Assembly (NCBI GenBank): GCA_038867615.1
Contig: JAWBYA010000002.1
Coordinates: forward strand, 192,001-256,000
From: Sulfolobales archaeon
GTDB taxonomy: Archaea; Thermoproteota; Thermoprotei_A; Sulfolobales; AG1
Reading direction: 5' to 3'
DNA length: 64,000 bases
Positions within the stretch are counted from its first letter, which is position 1. Each line of letters starts with the position of its first letter. Both the position numbers and the translations under genes were made by a program. The notes under the pieces are model-generated. The model was not told where the DNA came from and made no database searches. It worked only from the letters and a program-made list of their open reading frames with translations. Shown one piece after another: positions 60,572-64,000 of the stretch.

Positions 60572-61831
60572 ATGCCCCTAATAGATCGTTTTTTACTCGG
60601 TATAAAAGGGGTATTAGAACATGTCGAGATCCTTAACCGTAAGAGAGGTGAAGCAGCTAGCTCTCCTAGAGTTGCCACTATATATCGCGATGAGCTTATC
60701 CTCAACATGGTTACCCTATGCTTCTTCCTAACAATACATAGCGTGGTGCCTTATCTCTCCCAATATGCGGTGGAAATCGGTGCAACCGAGGCTGCTGTAG
60801 CTCTACTTGGACCCTTCTTCGCTCTCTCAGCACTAACTATTAGACCCCTATCAGGTATACTAGCCGATCGTGGGTGGACTAAGAGGCTTCTAGCAATAGG
60901 GGCAGTGACCTCTGCAGCAGCCCAGGCTGTATATTTCATAGCATCAGGCCCGGAACTCCTATATGTTGGGAGACTCATACAGGGAGCTGCTGTTGCACTA
61001 TTTATCCCCGCATCTTTCCAAGCAGCATCTATAGGGAGTAGGGAGACCGTGATAAGCTCCCTAGCCTGGAGGAGCACTGTGATCGGTGTATCGTTTGCTT
61101 TGGGACCTGCTATCGGAGGATATATTGTTACACATCTCGGGTACCGGGCCTTATTCATATTCTCTACAACAATGGCTCTCTCAGCATCTATACTATCACT
61201 CATGATCAATAGTGCTAAGCTCTCCCGCCCCGTAGTTAGTATCGATTCTGATGAAAAGAGTCTCGGGTTTATGAGCGCGGGCTTTATCACAGCACTAGCG
61301 TCTCTCCTACTCTATAGCTCTGTGTATGCCTCAATGACGCTCTTCCTACCAGCTTATCATAAAGAGGCTGGGATGGGGGCTTCCTACATAGCTATCTTCT
61401 TCACCGGAATAGCTGTATCAAGCCTTGTATCGAGAATCACATTCACATACGTGCTACGGGTTATAAGCGTTGAAGGAACAGCCATCCTTGGAATGATTCT
61501 CCTCTCCATGGGCTATATACTGGTATCAATAGATCCCCTATCACACAGCATTCTATACTACGGTATAATAGCCGGTATAGGCTCCGGCCTTGCCATACCA
61601 TCCCTTCAGGTAATGGCTATAACGGGGGTACCGCAGAGGAGAAGGGGTACTGCTTCAGCTATATATACAGCCATGTTTGATCTTGGAAATATGACAGGCC
61701 CCATAATGATCGCGTCAATTGCCAAAACATATAGGGATATGATAGGGATATCTAGCTACGCATCGCTAGTGGCATTAATGCCGATAGCGTTTCTCCAAAT
61801 GCTCAGGCTTAAAAGATCTCTCAATAAATAA
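60572..61831 (+). CDS. MFS transporter (start uncertain)
   Basis: RPLSGILADRG motif A, GRLIQG, RRGTA. Confidence 0.9.
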   Translation: MPLIDRFLLGIKGVLEHVEILNRKRGEAASSPRVATIYRDELILNMVTLCFFLTIHSVVPYLSQYAVEIGATEAAVALLGPFFALSALTIRPLSGILADRGWTKRLLAIGAVTSAAAQAVYFIASGPELLYVGRLIQGAAVALFIPASFQAASIGSRETVISSLAWRSTVIGVSFALGPAIGGYIVTHLGYRALFIFSTTMALSASILSLMINSAKLSRPVVSIDSDEKSLGFMSAGFITALASLLLYSSVYASMTLFLPAYHKEAGMGASYIAIFFTGIAVSSLVSRITFTYVLRVISVEGTAILGMILLSMGYILVSIDPLSHSILYYGIIAGIGSGLAIPSLQVMAITGVPQRRRGTASAIYTAMFDLGNMTGPIMIASIAKTYRDMIGISSYASLVALMPIAFLQMLRLKRSLNK

Positions 61832-61980
61832 AAAGGATTCCGCTATTAATGGAGAAAACATAACTTCTCGCCCTTAAAAAGAGAAAGAGTAAAAAAGCAC
61901 AGATGCTAATTGATCATATGCGAGCCTTTCTCTTTCATAATGAAACACATACCGACTACTACTTTTCTCCCGCTAATCTA

Positions 61981-62364
61981 TTATCCACTCATGCGATCCT
62001 GATCCACGTGCCCGGTAAACAAGGATTCGAGCCTCTCCTTCTCATTAGGGCTTATAACTCTCTCCACATTTATTGCCACTGTAACACCTTTCTCAGTTAT
62101 AACAAGCCTTCTAGAAGTATTCCCATTGGTTATACTCACAAGACCGAGGGACCTCAGGATCTCTAGATCCGCCTCAAGGTCCTTAGAATAGGGACCCCAC
62201 GGGTATCTAGCAAATGAGTATTGTTTACAGCAAATCCCCCTACTCGATGCTATATCAACGATCCTGTGGATATCTTTAATATCAACAGGGCTCTTAACCC
62301 TATATAATATATATAGAATCTTCAGCGCGTCTGGAACACTTGTCAAGCCCAACTCACCCCGCAT
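61981..62364 (-). CDS. Winged-helix protein with GPYS motif (YwgA/SocA-Panacea-like)
   Basis: YSFARYPWGPYSKDL...L.SLGLV...ITEKG. Confidence 0.6.
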   Translation of the reverse strand: MRGELGLTSVPDALKILYILYRVKSPVDIKDIHRIVDIASSRGICCKQYSFARYPWGPYSKDLEADLEILRSLGLVSITNGNTSRRLVITEKGVTVAINVERVISPNEKERLESLFTGHVDQDRMSG

Positions 62365-62603
62365 CTGGTGATGCTACTAACGCCACGTTCTTAAATACGC
62401 TTTGGGCAATACTATGCCCAGAGATCCTCAGGCCCGCCTTATCTATCTAAAACCATATGATCTATATTTTATATCAGCACCGCAAGATCGATAATACGTT
62501 TCCATAATCAACATAGTAGTGATAAGTGATACAAGATCCCAACACACAGCGAAACCAAGAGAACTAGTGGTAGAACCCGTATTAACCATTATAAACCCGA
62601 AAC

Positions 62604-63353
62604 ATGAAACACTCTGTGGAGCTTATAATGGATCCAAACTCCCTGTTGGGCAAACTATCTGGAGAGGTGATCTCATGCTCGCTATGCACTAGGCTAGCTA
62701 GATATAGGGTTGAGGCCTCACTAAAAGATCCGAGGAGGGTTTATTGGGCTAAACCAGTCCCGGGCTATGGAGATCCTATGGCCAGGATCTTTGTTGTAGG
62801 GCTAGCCCCTGCTGTTAGAGGTGGTAATAGAACCGGTAGGGTTTTCACCGGCGATGAGACTAGCCAGAACCTTATGAGAGCTTTATACGAGGTTGGCTTA
62901 TCCAACCAGCCTTACTCCATATCTGCTGATGATGGCTTAGTGCTTAGAGACGTGTATCTAACAGCGGCTGTCAAATGCGCTCCTCCGGATAATAGGCCTA
63001 ACGCCCAGGAGATTGCTAACTGTAGTCGTTACCTAGAGGCTGAGGTAAGGCTTTTAAAAAGATCCAGGGTTTTTGTTGCTCTCGGGAACATAGCATGGAG
63101 TGCCATGTTAAAGGCTGTTGGAAGTACTCTTGAACCATATCTAAAGGATCTCGATCTAGGGTTCAGACATGGCGCTATATATAGCGTTGAGACAAGGCTT
63201 AGAGGGACTGTATGGCTTATCTCGTCCTACCATCCAAGCCCGAGAAATATGAGGACGGGCAGACTTACCCACGAGATGTTGGTGTCTATATTCAGGAGAG
63301 CAGTAGATCTAGCTAATGCTGATCAAAATACAACAACTCACACCACACGTTGA
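62604..63353 (+). CDS. udgB: Uracil-DNA glycosylase family 5 (UDGb)
   Basis: CSLC Fe-S motif, GLAPA..GGNRTGRVFTGD, KCAPPDNRP, YHPS. Confidence 0.93.
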   Translation: MKHSVELIMDPNSLLGKLSGEVISCSLCTRLARYRVEASLKDPRRVYWAKPVPGYGDPMARIFVVGLAPAVRGGNRTGRVFTGDETSQNLMRALYEVGLSNQPYSISADDGLVLRDVYLTAAVKCAPPDNRPNAQEIANCSRYLEAEVRLLKRSRVFVALGNIAWSAMLKAVGSTLEPYLKDLDLGFRHGAIYSVETRLRGTVWLISSYHPSPRNMRTGRLTHEMLVSIFRRAVDLANADQNTTTHTTR

Positions 63354-63949
63354 TCGTTCCATACCTTCAGCTCCTTTATAGCTTTTCTAAGACTCTCCAA
63401 CCTAGCCTTCCCCTCCGCTAATGCCCTGTTAAGTATCGAGACGATCCCGTCGATATCGCTCTTACTTATCAACACCCTCCCCGGATCCTTGACCGGGATC
63501 CCGATCCATATGCCTGTGACAAGCTCAACCAAATACCCCCTCTTGCTCGATGCGACCAAACCGCTGTGCTTGAAACCAGCCTCCCTAACCTTTTTTAAAA
63601 GGATCATTGCGTGCCTAGGGGTTCTTGCCATGATATGCATTATAGGCCCGCTTGCTATCACCCATAGTATCGAGATCACCGGTATTTCTAACAATCTCTC
63701 CAGATCCTCCCTCGAAATCTCTGTATGACTTTTGAAAACAATATATGATTCCTTTCTCCTCCACGGTGCTGGAGCATCTATAGCTATAACCCTCCCTGTG
63801 CAGGAGCTCGTTGGGTAATAGTCCTTGAGGTTAAATATATCGATAAGAAGATCCCTTATCCCGTGGTCTAGATAACCTATATAGAGATCGGTATTCATTC
63901 TCCTAAAAGCCCTCTCCCAATCCTCAGCCCATATCCCAGGATCCACCAA
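63338..63949 (-). CDS. taw3: tRNA wyosine methyltransferase Taw3/TYW3
   Basis: LD.GI, TSSCTGR, KSH, PIMH, AGFKHSG. Confidence 0.9.
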   Translation of the reverse strand: MVDPGIWAEDWERAFRRMNTDLYIGYLDHGIRDLLIDIFNLKDYYPTSSCTGRVIAIDAPAPWRRKESYIVFKSHTEISREDLERLLEIPVISILWVIASGPIMHIMARTPRHAMILLKKVREAGFKHSGLVASSKRGYLVELVTGIWIGIPVKDPGRVLISKSDIDGIVSILNRALAEGKARLESLRKAIKELKVWNDQRVV

Positions 63950-64000
63950 CAGCTATCCACGCTCTCCCGAATCATAATAAATCCTGGATAGAAAGATAGA

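Noticed and set aside
1-64000. Many long antisense or alternate-frame ORFs in the track (e.g. 3322..4020, 6759..7466, 28415..29038, 30381..30935, 45304..45894)
   Set aside because: They are shadows of clearly identifiable genes, S/L/P-rich and without family motifs.
1-64000. CRISPR array, rRNA, integrase or provirus
   Set aside because: No regularly spaced repeats, rRNA motifs or recombinase were seen, and no att-like duplication of the tRNA 3' end was noticed.

Overview
Gene-dense core-genome segment of a thermophilic crenarchaeon (Thermoproteota; Desulfurococcales/Acidilobales/Sulfolobales-like by protein style). It holds a ThpR/CCA-enzyme pair, a two-gene S-layer-like operon next to two class III signal-peptide (pilin-like) genes, and a small decaying accessory islet (coiled-coil proteins plus a frameshifted solo TnpB with an intact structured 3' end). 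Further on are an AAA ATPase, a MetV-MetF-like fusion, Hjc-PINA, hydantoinase/oxoprolinase A/B, Gins15, a stand-alone rpl12, an L22-to-L15 ribosomal operon, fumC, a LysW amino-carrier cluster, acnA, MFS transporters, a prepilin peptidase, Orc1/Cdc6, tRNA-Lys(CTT) with a variable-loop intron, aTrm56, a BNR-repeat surface protein, family 5 UDG and Taw3. No CRISPR array or rRNA was seen. The most striking signals are: (1) conserved genes (rpl12, rps3, cdc6, a Cu chaperone) whose frames have no ATG/GTG/TTG before the conserved N-terminus, implying AUA, CUG or more unusual initiation; (2) an ORB-like element overlapping the cdc6 ribosome-binding site; (3) unannotated RNAs, namely a box C/D guide antisense to trm56 and a GC hairpin upstream of metF; (4) strong GATC enrichment and a sawtooth G/T versus A/C skew. 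All calls come from reading the sequence and recalled family motifs; no searches were run.
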